Assembly: GCF_000372725.1 (NCBI RefSeq)
Contig: NW_005201392.1
Location: 599,660-663,659, forward strand
DNA: 64,000 bases
Direction of reading: 5' to 3'
Source of the DNA: Emiliania huxleyi CCMP1516
Taxonomy: Eukaryota
Shown: piece by piece, positions 9,601 through 22,514 of the stretch
Layout of the letters: each line of letters opens with the position of its first letter
Position numbering within the stretch: position 1 is the stretch's first letter
The notes under the pieces: generated by a model
What the model was told of the DNA's origin: nothing
What the model saw: only the letters and a program-made list of their open reading frames with translations
Databases searched by the model: none
Translations under genes and position numbers: made by a program

Positions 9601-12327
9601 CTGTCACCATGCCGAGCCCGTGGTCTCAGCATGATCGGGTGCAACCTGTACTCGCATCACACTGTGTGACGCCCCGGCATCACTGTCAGGCGTTCCGCGA
9701 CGCGCTCGGCTGGCTCGGCGATTGGGCGTGCTCTCGCTCGTTCGGGCTAGGCGCGCGCCTGCAGCGCGCAGCAGGAGGAGGAGGAGGAGGAGCGCACTCC
9801 ATCGCCACAGCTGTGGGACCGTGCTAGGCACGCGCATGCCGTGGGACACGCAGTTCCTGATCGAGTCGCTCTCGGACTCAACCATCTACATGGCCTACTA
9901 CACCGTCGCGCACCTGCTGCAGGGCAGCTCGATGTTTGGCACCGACCGCGCAACGGCGCCCGCCGCCCCGAGGCAGTGCACGGACCGGGTGCCTCTCAAG
10001 ACTCACTCTGGAGGGTCACCTGCCAACAGGCGCCCGTCGCGCCCGAGCAGTGCAGCGAGGGCGCTTGCGACGCCCTCTCGCCGTGCCGCGGGCTGCAGCC
10101 CCAGCTCCTCGGAGCCTCCTTGGAGCCACCCCCGTAGGCTTTTGGGACCACGTGCTGCTCGGGAAGCCGTACGAGCCGGCGGCGGGCGAGGCGCCGGTCC
10201 CGGCCGCATCGCTCGCGAGCATGCGACGCGAGTTCGAGTTTTGGTACCCGGTGGACATGCGCGTGTCTGGCAAGGACCTGATCCCGAACCACCTCACGAT
10301 GAGCCTCTACAACCACGCGGCCGTCTGGCAGGACGACCCCGCTAAGTACCCGCGCTCGATCTTTTGCAACGGCCACGTGCAGGTCGACGCTGAAAAGATG
10401 TCCAAGTCCAAGGGCAACTTCATCGGCTTGCTGCAGGCGTGCGAGAAGTGGTGCGCCGACGCGACCCGCTTTGCGTGCGCCGACGCGGGCGACGGGATCC
10501 TCAACGCGAACTTCGACACGACCATCGCCGACCGCTCCATCCTCTCGCTCACCGCTGAGCTCGAGTGGGCGCGCGCCGCGCTCGCGGGCAGCGCCAAGGA
10601 CGCGTCGATGCGGCCGGCGGGCGCCGCCGCCACGTGGCTCGACGCGTGGTTCGCAAACGAGATGAACCGGCTCGTGCTCGCCGTGACGGAGGTGTGGGTG
10701 CGAGCAGCACCTCTTCACAGCTCTAGCTGTGAACAGGCTCGTGCTCGCCGTGACGGAGGGCTTCGCGAGCATGCGGTTCCGCGACGCGCTCAAGCATGCG
10801 TGGTACGGGATGCAGGAGGCTCGCGACCGCTACCGCTCCGGCTGCGTCGAGTCGGGCCTCGACGCCGAGCTGACGCGGCGGTGGGTCGAGAGTAGCCGAG
10901 AGGAGCCGAGAGAAGAGGCGGTGGGTCGAGAGGAGCCGAGAGGAGCCGAGAGGAGCCGAGAGGAGCCGAGAGAAGCCGCCGAGCTGACGCGGCGGTGGGT
11001 CGAGCGGCGGGCGCCTGCGGACAGAGTAGTCTGAGCAGCGTGTCTGAGGGTGGTCTCTTGCACGCCAGGTGGGTCGAGTGGCAGGCTCTGCTGATGGTGC
11101 CGATCACGCCGCACTGGTCCGCAAGGAGGCCTGGCCGGAATGACTCTAGACCCACCCCCGTCACGACTGGCCAACTACTACTGAATAGGTCCGAGGAGGT
11201 CTGGTCGGCCGTGCTCGGCAGGGAGGGCTGCGCCGTCCGCGCGGCGTGGCCGACCCCGACGGCGCCGATCGACGCGGGCGTGTCCGCGGCCGGCGCGTAC
11301 CTCTTCAAGGTGTGCGGATAGCCGAGATATCGCCGAGATATCGCCGAGATGGCGCGTACTTCTTCAAGGTGTGTCGGCGACACGGTAAACAACACTCCTC
11401 TTCTGAGTCGACTTGTGATGTTGTGCTGCCCCTGCGTCAAGGTGTCGAGCGTCATCGCCACCGCCATGGCCAACCACGAGAAGAAGGCGGCCAAGGCCAA
11501 GGGCAAGGGCGGCAAGCCGGCCGACGGCGGCGCGGCGGCGCCAAAGCCAAACCAGGCGCGCCTGTACGTCGCGCGCAAGTTCCCGCGCTGGAAGGAGCGA
11601 GTGCTCGAGCTGCTGCGGGGCCACTTCGACGCGGACAGCGGCGCGGTGAGCGAGGCGGTGCGGGCGGCCATCTCGGGCTGCGACGAGATCAAGGTCCCCT
11701 CGTGGGTCGTGGCATGCCACGAGGGGAGGCAGCCCGTGTGCACGAGCAGTGACGGGTTCACCATGAGTGGGCAATGAGTTAGGCGTGCAACAAGGGGAAG
11801 CAGCCCATGCAGTTCGCCGCGATGATGATGGAGGAGGCGAAGCTGGGCGGTCTCTCCGCGCTCGCGCTGTCGATGCCCTTCGACGAGGCGACCGACCTGA
11901 TGGGAGACACGGGGATAAGGGGAGACACGGGGATAAGGGGAGACATGGGGATAAGGGGAGACACGGGGATAAGGGGAGACATGGGGATAAGGGGAGACAT
12001 GGGGATAAGGGGAGACATGGGGATAAGGGGAGGCATGGGGAGACATGGACATGGGGAGACGTGGCGCCCGACCTGAGTGGGGCCGGAGTAGGGCCGCTCC
12101 TGCGGGGCGGCGGAGAGCCACGGGGCTCTCCCCCCCCCCCTCCCCCCCCCACCTCTCTCTCTCTCTCTCTCTCTCCCCGAGGGCAGCTCGAGGGCAGCAC
12201 GCCGACGGCCTCACCGCCCGCAGGCATCCACGTCTACACCGAGGCGCACGACTCGGTGCCCGACGCCGAGATGCTCGCCTCCGCCGCGCCGGGCGCGCCG
12301 TCCGTGCAGCTCTTCCACGCCGAGTGA
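6659..12327 (+). CDS. LARS: cytosolic (eukaryote/archaeal-type) leucyl-tRNA synthetase, about 15 or more exons, with an inserted FN3 domain
   Basis: Motifs recovered across exons: [19 protein letters not shown] (HIGH), [144 protein letters not shown]. Stop TGA at 12325-12327. The last exon boundaries are approximate. Confidence 0.97.
11900..12060. repeat. 18-bp minisatellite (GGGGATAAGGGGAGACAY)n in LeuRS intron
   Basis: About 7 tandem copies are visible. Confidence 0.9.
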
Positions 12328-13004
12328 AGGGGCGGCGGGCTGCCGGCACGATCGGCCAAACGACCAACTCCGCGACTAAGAGAGACAGAGAGAGGTTTGA
12401 TACCGTAGAGTGCCCAAAGGCGTCGGGGCGGACAGGGGAGTATTGTAAATAAACAAATAAAAAACGGACACCTCTCTACTGTCAGAAAGGGTAGTGTGAG
12501 GTGGGTAAAAAGGAGGAACACAGGTCCCCCCGGGCCCTTTGCGAATGCGATGTTTGTTCCTGCTTCTTTTTGTGGGTGTGGTCGGCGACCGCAGCAAAAC
12601 TGACCCTAGGGATTCTGATTCGGGGGCTTTAATGGAACTGATCGTGAAAACTCCCAATGCGAAGTGGTTTCGTCACACTGATGCCCCCCCCCCCCGTAAC
12701 CCCCCCCCCCCCCGGGGGGCGCTTAGACGTCCGTGAGAAGTTACTCAAAAAGAGGCGCACGGACGCCTCACCGACACCGTCGTCTGCCCTGCGTCGTCTG
12801 GCGACGGGTCCTCCATAGTCGGTCGAGGTCGCCGCCCTCCTCGTGCCTCTTCCCAACGTTCCCTCGGCGGCCGATGCCGACCGATGCCATCTGCTCCGGC
12901 TCCCCAGTCCCCGGGTCTGCCCTGCTCTCGTCTGCGCTAGTTTCTGCCTCGTCACCACCGGCGTCTCTCCTCTTCCTTCTCCCCTTCTTGTATGCTTTGC
13001 ACAT

Positions 13005-13255
13005 CGCGGGCCGCGCTCGACCGCGCGATCGCCAAGGAGGGAGCGCTCTCCATCGTCGTGCTGCTGCGGCTGTCGCCGGCCATGCCGCTCGTGCTCGCAT
13101 CGGCTCTGCTCGCGTTCACCCAGGTGTCGCTCGGCCCGTACACGGCGGGTACCGTCGTCGGCTTGCTGCCCTTCTCCGCGGTGTACTGCTACGCCGGCGC
13201 GGCGGGCGCGGAGGTTGCTGCCGACGCCGCCTCCGGCGCAGCGGGCGCGCACGAG
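13005..13255 (+). pseudogene. VTT / SNARE-associated (DedA/TVP38/TMEM64-like) membrane domain fragment
   Basis: AALDRAIAKEGALSIVVLLRLSPAMPLVLASALLAFTQVSLGPYTAGTVVGLLPFSAVYCYAG matches the VTT consensus (LLRLSP..P....n.......vs...y...t..G.lP....y.y.G). No N-terminal half or in-frame ATG was found. Confidence 0.65.
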
Positions 13256-13261
13256 GAGGGC

Positions 13262-13460
13262 CCGGGCTGTCTCCCGCTTCCGGACGCTAGCAGGCGTGCA
13301 CTACGACTCGGACAACCGGGTCGGTCTGTCCATTGGCCAGGAGGTGATTGCGCGTCGCCTGCCCGACTTCCTCGCTCAGTTTGGGGCCGACCGTGACGCG
13401 GTGCGTCGCAAGATTGAGCAGGTGCGCACCGACTGGTCGACGTACACTGGTTTCGAGTGA
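13262..13460 (+). pseudogene. C-terminal fragment of a PAP2 / vanadium-haloperoxidase-like protein
   Basis: AVSRFRTLAGVHYDSDNRVGLSIGQEVIARRLP...TGFE* contains the PAP2/haloperoxidase motif 3 (RxxxGxHxxxD). It is in a different frame from the adjacent VTT fragment, and motifs 1-2 are absent. Confidence 0.55.
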
Positions 13461-14382
13461 GCGCTTCCCGGTCGCGCCCAGAGCACCAACGAACGGATCG
13501 ACAGGGACACGGGCTTGGTGGGGGGTGGCAGAGGCGAGGGCGGGACACGGGGGAACGGCCGGCTGCTGTGGAGTGTGGGCTGACGACATGGCTGGGCCCG
13601 CGCGACTTGAGTAACAGCGTGTGTGTAGCGATCCCAGCGAGAGCCGGCCCCCAGTCTGCCACGCGAAGAGTGGAGATGTGGCTGGATAGAGCGCCTAGAC
13701 GGCAAAGAGTGGGCACAGTGCTCAGTGGCCGCACCCGCCGCCGCAGCCCGCAGGGGGGCGCAGCCGTGCACCCGTCCAGAGCTGTGCCGTCGGCGGCATT
13801 CAATAGAACAAAAGGAAACACAAGAGATACAAAAAAGAGACACGAGAACGGCTAGGACAAGGAGCGCGCCATCTCTAGAGCCGTACCACACTGAGTCCAC
13901 CCTCCTCACAGAGATCTACGCCACAGCGCAGACGGGGCACCCGAAAACAGGTGTACAACATATCATGGAGAGGAGCGAGACAAGTGTCTCGCATCCAGAG
14001 CACATAGCCACACCTCGCTTGCAGCCGCGCAGCCTCTGCCCCCGGGTAGTGGGAGGCCTTGGAGAGGAGCACCCGAGAGCGGCGTGGCGCGGAACGCCGC
14101 CGCCCTGCATGCACACGCTGCGAGAGGAATCTGTACAACCAAGAGGGGCGCCGCCCTCTCGGCGCCCCGCGCGACACTCGCCGTCGACGGACAGCCGGTC
14201 GTCCGAGCAGGTGGGTGGGGTGAGGAGCTGCGGCCTACGGGAGGGTGGGTTCGGGTACCGTGGGGTAGGGGAGGGTGGGTTCGGGTACCGTGGGGTGGGG
14301 GAAGGAGCTGCGGCCGCCTCAGACTCATGACCGTCAGATCCCGATCGCCCCGGACTCCTTTCCGGACGCCGGTGCCGGGGCC

Positions 14383-14901
14383 NNNNNNNNNNNNNNNNNN
14401 NNNNNNNNNNNNNNNNNNNNNNNNNNNNNNNNNNNNNNNNNNNNNNNNNNNNNNNNNNNNNNNNNNNNNNNNNNNNNNNNNNNNNNNNNNNNNNNNNNNN
14501 NNNNNNNNNNNNNNNNNNNNNNNNNNNNNNNNNNNNNNNNNNNNNNNNNNNNNNNNNNNNNNNNNNNNNNNNNNNNNNNNNNNNNNNNNNNNNNNNNNNN
14601 NNNNNNNNNNNNNNNNNNNNNNNNNNNNNNNNNNNNNNNNNNNNNNNNNNNNNNNNNNNNNNNNNNNNNNNNNNNNNNNNNNNNNNNNNNNNNNNNNNNN
14701 NNNNNNNNNNNNNNNNNNNNNNNNNNNNNNNNNNNNNNNNNNNNNNNNNNNNNNNNNNNNNNNNNNNNNNNNNNNNNNNNNNNNNNNNNNNNNNNNNNNN
14801 NNNNNNNNNNNNNNNNNNNNNNNNNNNNNNNNNNNNNNNNNNNNNNNNNNNNNNNNNNNNNNNNNNNNNNNNNNNNNNNNNNNNNNNNNNNNNNNNNNNN
14901 N
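14383..14901. other. assembly gap
   Basis: Run of N. Confidence 1.
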
Positions 14902-15878
14902 GGGGGGGGGGGGGCACAGCTGGCGACAGGGGAGCGCCGCGCGCCCGTGTCGCCATCGTACACCGCCTCGACTTGCACGGCGTCCATGAACTCGAGGAGC
15001 AGGCGCGGCGGAGAGAGGAACGGCTCGAGGCCGCGCACCTGAGATATGGGGAGATATGGGGAGATATGGGGAGATATGGGGAGATATGGCGTCCCGAGGC
15101 CGCGCATCTGAGTGGCGAGTGTTGGAGCACTGATCATGCGGCGGAGATGCGGCGGAGATGCGGCGGAGATGCGGCGGAGATGCGGCGGAGATGCGGCGGA
15201 GATGCGGCGGAGATGCGGCGGAGATGCGGCGGAGATGCGGCGGAGATGCGGCGGAGATGCGGCGGAGATGCGGCGGAGAGGCGGCGGAGAGGCGGCGGAG
15301 AGGGGAAAGGCTCGGGCCAGTTCACGCAACGGGCTCCCCTCCTCTCTTGTCTCCCCTCCCTCCTCCCTTCTCTCCCCTCCCCGCCCCTCCCTCTCTTCTC
15401 TCCCCTCCCCTCTCCCTCCCATCCCCTTCCGCACACCTGCATCCGCACGCCGACCGGCGCGACGACGCTGCGGGCGGCGTCGAGGCGGGCCCCCGTCGCG
15501 TTTGCCGGAGAGGGCAGCTGAGGCCCAACCTGCAGCTGCGGCCCGAGTTGCTCGACGGCGAGGCTGACGTCGGGCGGCGGCGGCGGCGCCGGCAGAGAGA
15601 GGATCGCCTCTTGCGCCGCCTCAACTGCGCCTTGCGCGGCAGCAACTTGTGCCGCCAGGGCCGTGACCCGCTGCCGCGCCGCCGCGGCGACCTATGGACA
15701 CGTCTCGGACACGTCAGGGGCGTGTCCCGGAGAGAGAGAGAGAGAGGGAGAGGGGGGGGGGGAGGGAGAGAGGGGGAGAGAGAGAGGGAGGGAGAGGGAG
15801 AGGGAGAGAGAGAAAGAGAGAGAGAGGGAGAGGGGGGAGGGAGAGAGGGGGAGAGAGAGAGGGAGGGAGAGGGAGAGG

Positions 15879-15951
<73 letters not shown>

Positions 15952-18900
15952 AGAGAGAGAGGGAGAGGGGGGGGGGAGAGAGAGAGAGGAAGGGAGGGGG
16001 GGAGGGAGAGAGAGCAAAGGGGAGAGGGATAGAGGGAGGGAGGGAGAGACCGCCGCCACTGCAAACCTCCTCCGCGGCGGTCTGCTCCTCGGCCGCAGCG
16101 CGAGACTCGCCCGCCGTGAGCGCCGAGCGCGCCGCGCTGTGTGCGCGCTTCGCCGAGAGGCGCTTGAGCTGGGCCAAGGCCGCCGCCTCCGCCGCGCGCG
16201 CCGCCGCGAGCCGCTCCGTCTCGTACCTAATCGTAATGGGGAGATATGGGGAGATATGGGGAGACATGGGGAGATATGTCTCGTACCTAATCGTAATCGT
16301 AGTCATAATCAATCACGACGGTCATAGCCACAATTCGAGCCGCTCCGCCTCGTGCCTAGTCATTGACGAGAGAGAGAGAGCTCAGCCCCGACTGGTCAGC
16401 TTGCCGCGAGGCTCTCCCTCCCGCACCGGCTGAGCGTGCGGGCGTACGCCGCCGTGATGAGCTCGTGCCGCTTGCCGCCCTCGGCCTCCGCCTACGCCTC
16501 GATTTAGGATCGGAGTCGCGGCGTTCATTCGGGAGGGACTCGCTTGCCGCCGCCTCGGCCTCCGCCTCCGCGGCCGACGCGCGCACCGCCTCCGCCTCGG
16601 CAAAGGCAAGCTCGGACTGGCGCTCCGCCTGCCGCTCAATCAAGGGACGCTCTCCCTCACGCGTGCTGAGGAAGGCGAGCTCAAGAGGGGAACAGCCCAT
16701 GCCTCGGCGGCGACGGCCGCCAGCTCGTCCGCCTCCGCCTCGGCGGCAGCGAGGTCGAGCTCGAGCGCCTACGCGACGCTGTCTCCACGTGTCTGCTCGC
16801 CACCCCTGCTCGGCCCCTCTGGGCGACGCCGCCGCGGGGCTCTTGGGGCGGCGGGGGGGGAAGGGGGGGGGGGCGGGGGGGGCGGGGGGAGAGGGCTGGG
16901 TGGAGGCGGCGGGTGGGGCGGCGGGGGGAGATGGCTGGACGGAGGCGAAGAAGGAGGCGGCGGGGGAGGAGGCGGCGGGGGAGGAGGCGGCGGGGGAAGA
17001 GGCGGCGGGGGAGGAGGCGGCGGGGGAGGAGGCGGCGGGGGAGGAGGCGGCGGGGGAGGAGGCGGCGGGGGAGGAGGCGGCGGCGGCGATGGTGGCTCGG
17101 GCTGCCTCGGCGGCCGCCTCCCGCTCGGCGCGCCGCTGCGCCTCCTCCGCACCGAACTTCTTCGCGCGCGCGACAGCCTCGGCCGCGTCGGCAGCCCGCT
17201 CCGCCTCCGCCACCTTCCGCTCGACGGAGCGCTGCAGGGCGAGCGACTCAGCCAGCCGGGCCTGCAGGAGTGGCACGTCTTCGTTCAGTCTCGACTGCGT
17301 CGCGCGCACAACGCGGCGCGACGCGTCCGGACGACACCTTGGCAGAGGCCGTGTCGACCCGCGCCTCGTCGAGCTGCTCCGACACCGCGGAGAGGGCGGC
17401 GGCGTGCGCCTGGTTCGCCGCCCGCAGCTCGGAGCGGTAGTCCGACTCGCGCACCGCCAGCTGCTCCTCCGCGCTGCGCAGCCGCGAGAGCAGCTCCGAC
17501 GCCTAGAGACGTGTCCACGACGCGTCCGCGACACAACCACGACGGGGTGTGCGGCGCGAGCGGCATCTCCGCCGCCTCGCTCGCCGCCGCCTCCGCCTCC
17601 GCCTTAGTCTTGCTGACCGCAGCCTTGCGCTCGTTTCGAGCCTACGAACCAGCTCCTGACTGTGAGGCTTTCGTCCGTTGATCCACCGGCTTCTGCGCGC
17701 GGCGCCCGAGCCTCGCGCGCTGCGCGCCGCGCCGAGAGGAGCTCGTGGCGCAGATAGTCGATGCGGATGGAGCCCGCCTGGAGGGGAAGGGTAGGGGGCG
17801 GATGCGAGTCGTCGATGCGGATGCGAACCCGCAAGAGCCCGCAAGAGTGCGCGGGATTGCGTGGAAACGCGCCACTACCGTCTGTCAGCTGCCCTCACGG
17901 CTGCCCTCTCGGCTGCCTCTCGGCCGCCTCTCGGCCGCCTCTGCGCCGCCTCTGCGCCGCCTCTGCGCTGCCTCTGCGCTGTCTCTGCGCTGCCTCTGCG
18001 CTGCCTCTGCGCTGCCTCTGCGCTGCCTCTCGGCGCTCTCTCGGCTGCCTCCCCGCCTGGCTGCTCGTCTTGGACTGCGCCTCGAGCTCGCGGTTGAGCG
18101 CCTGAGGAAATGACTCACCCACCGCAGTCATTCTGTGAGCACATGCACATGCACATGCACATGCACATGCACACGCACATGCGTGAGGAGAGCGCGCGGG
18201 TGAGCGCCTCGCATTCGCCCTCCTGGGACGCGGTGCTGCCTTGCGACTGGCATCGCTCTCTCTCCCTTCTCGACTGTGTGCTAGCGTGGTCCCGGGGTTG
18301 GGTGCTAGCGTGAGCGCCTCGGTCTGCTCCGCGCGTGCCGTCGCCCGCTCGAGCTTCGCCTCCGTCGCTCGCAGCTTCGCCTGCGTCGCCTCGAACATGG
18401 CTGAGTAGCATTGCTGGTACTCTCATTGCTACTGCTGCTGGTGTTGCTGCTTCGCCTGCGCCGCCTCGAACTCAGCCGCGGTCGTCTCGGCGCGGCTCTC
18501 CTGCGAACACCAGGACAATCGTGACCACAACACCAGGAGGAGTCGAATCACAATGGGTGTTGCGCCAGACCTGCGACCGCTCGCTCTCGACGGCGGACCG
18601 GAGCCTCCGCCGCAACGTCGCACGGTAGGCTCGCGCACGGCGCATGGAGGCGGCGCCGCGCGCGCTCGTCTCGTCGAGGCGGGTGGCGATGGCTTCGGTC
18701 TGGTTGAGCACGCGCCGGATCACCTGCTCCTCCTCCTCGCGCTTCGCCTCGGCCTCGCGCCTCGCGCACCTGGCGGGACGCGTCGCGGACGCGTCGCGGA
18801 CGTGTCGCGGGCGTGCGTCCGCCTCGCACCCTCGCGCGCCGGTTGAGAGTGAGAGCCTTGGAGAGGCGCGCCGCCCTGCGGCCTGCGCGCTGCACATCCT

Positions 18901-20287
18901 CCTCGAGGAGGGCGAGCTGCCCGCGCGCCTGTTGAGAGGTGGCACTGCTCGTTGACTGATGAAGCACTCTGTGTTGAAGCGCTCTCTGAGGAGGGGAGGG
19001 GGGGGGCGGGAAGCGAGGTGCGGCGGGCGATGATGGCTGCTCCACACACCTCGTTGGGCGAGAGCAAGGGCATGAGCGGCGCCGTTGATTGCACGGCGGG
19101 TGCGGCGCCGCTGTGGAGGGCAGGCGCCGGCGAGACGGGTGCGGCGCCGCTGTGGAGGGCAGGCGCCGGCGAGACGAGCGCAACGGCAAGGCCGGTGCAG
19201 ATCAGGAGCGACATGGCTCTCACAACGATGAGGGAGGTGATGGGCCNNNNNNNNNNNNNNNNNNNNNNNNNNNNNNNNNNNNNNNNNNNNNNNNNNNNNN
19301 NNNNNNNNNNNNNNNNNNNNNNNNNNNNNNNNNNNNNNNNNNNNNNNNNNNNNNNNNNNNNNNNNNNNNNNNNNNNNNNNNNNNNNNNNNNNNNNNNNNN
19401 NNNNNNNNNNNNNNNNNNNNNNNNNNNNNNNNNNNNNNNNNNNNNNNNNNNNNNNNNNNNNNNNNNNNNNNNNNNNNNNNNNNNNNNNNNNNNNNNNNNN
19501 NNNNNNNNNNNNNNNNNNNNNNNNNNNNNNNNNNNNNNNNNNNNNNNNNNNNNNNNNNNNNNNNNNNNNNNNNNNNNNNNNNNNNNNNNNNNNNNNNNNC
19601 GGTGTGGTAGCCGTCTTTGAGGCTCTGGGCCGACGCACGCGTGGCGCGTGCCGCCTCACTCTTGAGCGAGTGGAGGCGGGTCACGGCGGGCGCCTCCGAC
19701 TCGCCGGCGGCGGGCAAAGAGGAGCGCGCGCCGTGGGCTGCGAAGCACGCGGGGCTGTGGTTGAGCAACCGGGGGGGGCAGGTGGGGGGGGGGCAGGGAG
19801 GGGGGAGGGCGGGGAGAGAGTTGGCGGGAAAGCACCCGCGATCGGCGCGAGGGCGAGCAAGACGGGGACGACGATGCACTGGAGGAGGACACGGACCACC
19901 CTCGCTGCAAGCGCGCTCAGTGTGGAGACGGCCGCGGGGGCCCCGCCCGGAGCGAGCACAGACGGGAACGAGCGTGCGGAGGCACTCATCACCGGCGGCT
20001 GGTTGGAGCGCGGGGCCTGTGTGGGGGCGGGAAGAGAGGGGAGGAGGGGGAGAAAAAAAGGGTGGGGGGAGGGTGGGGGCGGGAAGCGAGGTGCGGCGGG
20101 CGATGATGGCTGCTCCACACACCTCGTTGGGCGAGAGCAAGGGCATGAGCGGCGCCGTTGATTGCACGGCGGGTGCGGCGCCGCTGTGGAGGGCAGGCGC
20201 CGGCGAGACGGGTGCGGCGCCGCTGTGGAGGGCAGGCGCCGGCGAGACGAGCGCAACGGCAAGGCCGGTGCAGATCAGGAGCGACAT
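14902..20287 (-). CDS. multi-exon Ala-rich coiled-coil protein of unknown function with possible signal peptide (model approximate, broken by gaps)
   Basis: Coding-like minus-strand exons such as VREARGRGEA.../EAEAKREEEEQVIRRVLNQTEAIATRLDE, FEATQAKLRATEAKLERA, ESDYRSELRAANQAHAAALSAVSEQLDEARVDTASAK, YETERLAAARAAEAAALAQLKR and VRGLEPFLSPPRLLLEFMDAVQVEAVYDG are separated by repeat-filled introns. Putative start is MSLLICTGLAVALVSPAPA at 20287. Confidence 0.5.
15138..15300. repeat. 11-bp tandem repeat (GCGGCGGAGAT)n, intronic
   Basis: About 14 copies, next to (GAGATATGGG)n at 15040-15089. Confidence 0.95.
15730..16049. repeat. (GA)n / polypurine microsatellite, intronic
   Basis: About 320 bp of almost pure G/A. 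Confidence 0.95.
19247..19599. other. assembly gap
   Basis: Run of N. The sequence on its left (19002-19246) is repeated at 20075-20319. Confidence 1.
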
Positions 20288-20820
20288 GGCTCTCACAACG
20301 ATGAGGGAGGTGATGGGCCCCGTCCACAGCGATATGGGGCCCGCCAACAAGACCGCGGCCACGTTTTTCTTCTTTTCAGTTTTCCGCTGCGGAGTAAGGA
20401 AACAACGGTATGGGAGGTGGAGTGCTCTCTACTGCAGCGGCGCCCATGTCGGTGCGAAGGCGCCCGGCGGCCGCGCGCTTGGTGCCCACGTCGACCGGCT
20501 GCTCTCACGGCGCCGAGGCGTACCGCTTCGGTCATGTCTCGCGCGCTGCGAGGTTCCTTTTGCATGTGAGCGCTGGCTAGAGACGCCAGGAAGCTCGCCT
20601 TCCTTGCCTGCGGCCGCGGGCGTGCGGGCGGGCCCGCCAGGCTCGGCGAAGCTCGGAGCGGGTCTTCGAGCTCGCTGCCGGCGACGAGCCAGCATGGCTC
20701 GTCGCTCGACGGCAGCCTGCCCGGTATCCTCTCGGCATTCTGTACAGCCTCGCCAAGCTCTCTGGGAAGGTCCGCAGGGCCAGGGCGGGCCGTATCGGGA
20801 GCGATGGCGCGCTCAGAGTA

Positions 20821-21754
20821 CTCGCATAATGTGGGTAAACGAAAAAAGTAGCGATAAATTCGTCTACGTACGGCTTAGTGTGTGGTTGGGGTGGCCTCAG
20901 GCATCCCCAAGGGAGCCTCTGCGGTGCCACATAAGCAGCTGAGTGATTGTCGAGACTTTAAAGGATTCGTTTGAAGAAACGCAAACAAGACAAACGGTAC
21001 TATGGTCACCAGTAAACGAAAATTCGACTTTGAGGGATCATATCTCAAAAGGCTGGGTGAGAGCATAGCATTATTGTTGCATATTATGCCACATAAGGTC
21101 AAACTTGACCCCAGAAGCATCAAGAACCCGATGCTCCGGCTCGACTGTGCCGGCACACTGCCTCCTCGCGCACGCTGCTCGCAGGCCGTTGCGGCCCGTG
21201 GTGCACCAGAGAGAGAGGTCGACGCGTTGCCCCCGCCGGCGACTCCGCGCGGCTCAGGCCAGCCAGAAGGTGTGTGGTGACGGCACCGTGGCAGGAGTGC
21301 GGAGAAGAGCTCGCCGAACGCGAGCAGCAGATGGCCAAAGTGTGCCAGCGCGAGAGCCTCGCGAGCGGGCGCAGAAGGAGCTCGCCGTGACACGATGCCG
21401 GGCGGTGGTGGTGCTCTGGCGACTGTGCACAGTGGGCAAAGTCAGGCTGCAACAGGGCAGCACGTTGGTAGTGCCCTGCTGCAGCCTGGCCTGACATGCA
21501 CAGGGCGAACAGAGGCGGTACTATCGTCCGGCGCTCGTCACCGAATCTGGGCGAACTTCGACCGCCGCCACAGCTCACCACGAGCACGCAGCGACAAAAT
21601 GTTGACTGTATGGAAGTTGAGGCTGGTCGAGAGGAAGAGGCTGCCGTGCGAGCCGGCAGCAGGCTGGCTCGTCGTGGACTGCCGCGGCGACTTTTTTCGG
21701 CTTTTTCTCTGATAGTACCGAATACGGTACTTTCGTTTACCCACACTCTGCGAG
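20821..21754. mobile_element. non-autonomous TIR DNA transposon, TA target-site duplication (Tc1/mariner-like)
   Basis: Left end CTCGCATAATGTGGGTAAACGAAA versus reverse complement of right end CTCGCAGAGTGTGGGTAAACGAAA (22/24). TA lies immediately outside both ends (20819-20820, 21755-21756). No recognisable transposase. Confidence 0.75.
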
Positions 21755-22514
21755 TACCATGCCTACGAGCTCTCCGATCGGGTCGCCAGCAGCGGGCTTG
21801 CGCGGCGCGCCGCTCGACGGCAGGCTGGTCACCACCCTTTCAACAGTGTCTTCTGCCTCGCTTCTCTCGCTGCAACCGCCTCCGGGGGCCGGCGCCGGCC
21901 GCCTCGCTTCGCCAGCGCTGCTACGCCTACGACACGCGCGTCGGCTCGCCGCCGCGTCGCCTGCGGCGGGCCCGCGTGGCGCGCCGCTCGTCGGGAGCGT
22001 GGTCAGCAGGCTGTGCAGCGCAGCCTGACTCGCTCAGAGCGCCGCTGATGCGGCGCGGAGCCGCGGTCGGCGCTGCTGCCGCGCACGCTGGATGGGTTCG
22101 TCGTTTGCAAGCCTCACACGTTACCTCCGTTGCAAGCGTCGTTGCAAGGGAAATATTTTTTGCTGCTCTAGCCTCACACGTTACCCGCTGTCGCCTGTGC
22201 TAGGACAACAAGGCCGTGCTAAGACAACAAGGCTACACGATACACGGCGTCTCCACACTAGGCGACTCACACATAAGTTGTACCAGGTGGCAGGTGGCGG
22301 GAAATCAGGGCCGCACTACTACGCCGTCTCTCGTTTGTTGTGTGTTAGACCGTAGACGACGCCTCCATTTGCTTCCACTTGCCCGCGGCTCGTGACGAAG
22401 AAGTGCAAGTCCAGATGGGGTACATTTTTTTGAACCCCCCCTTCTCTGTATCTTCCCGGCCCGCTTCAATTTCTTGATCAATTCGAAGTTCGTGTTTGCG
22501 GCCGCGCGAATGGA

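Noticed and set aside
19002..20319. 245-bp exact duplication (19002-19246 = 20075-20319) as a real exon duplication
   Set aside because: One copy ends exactly at an N gap, so contig overlap or uncollapsed haplotypes is the more likely explanation.
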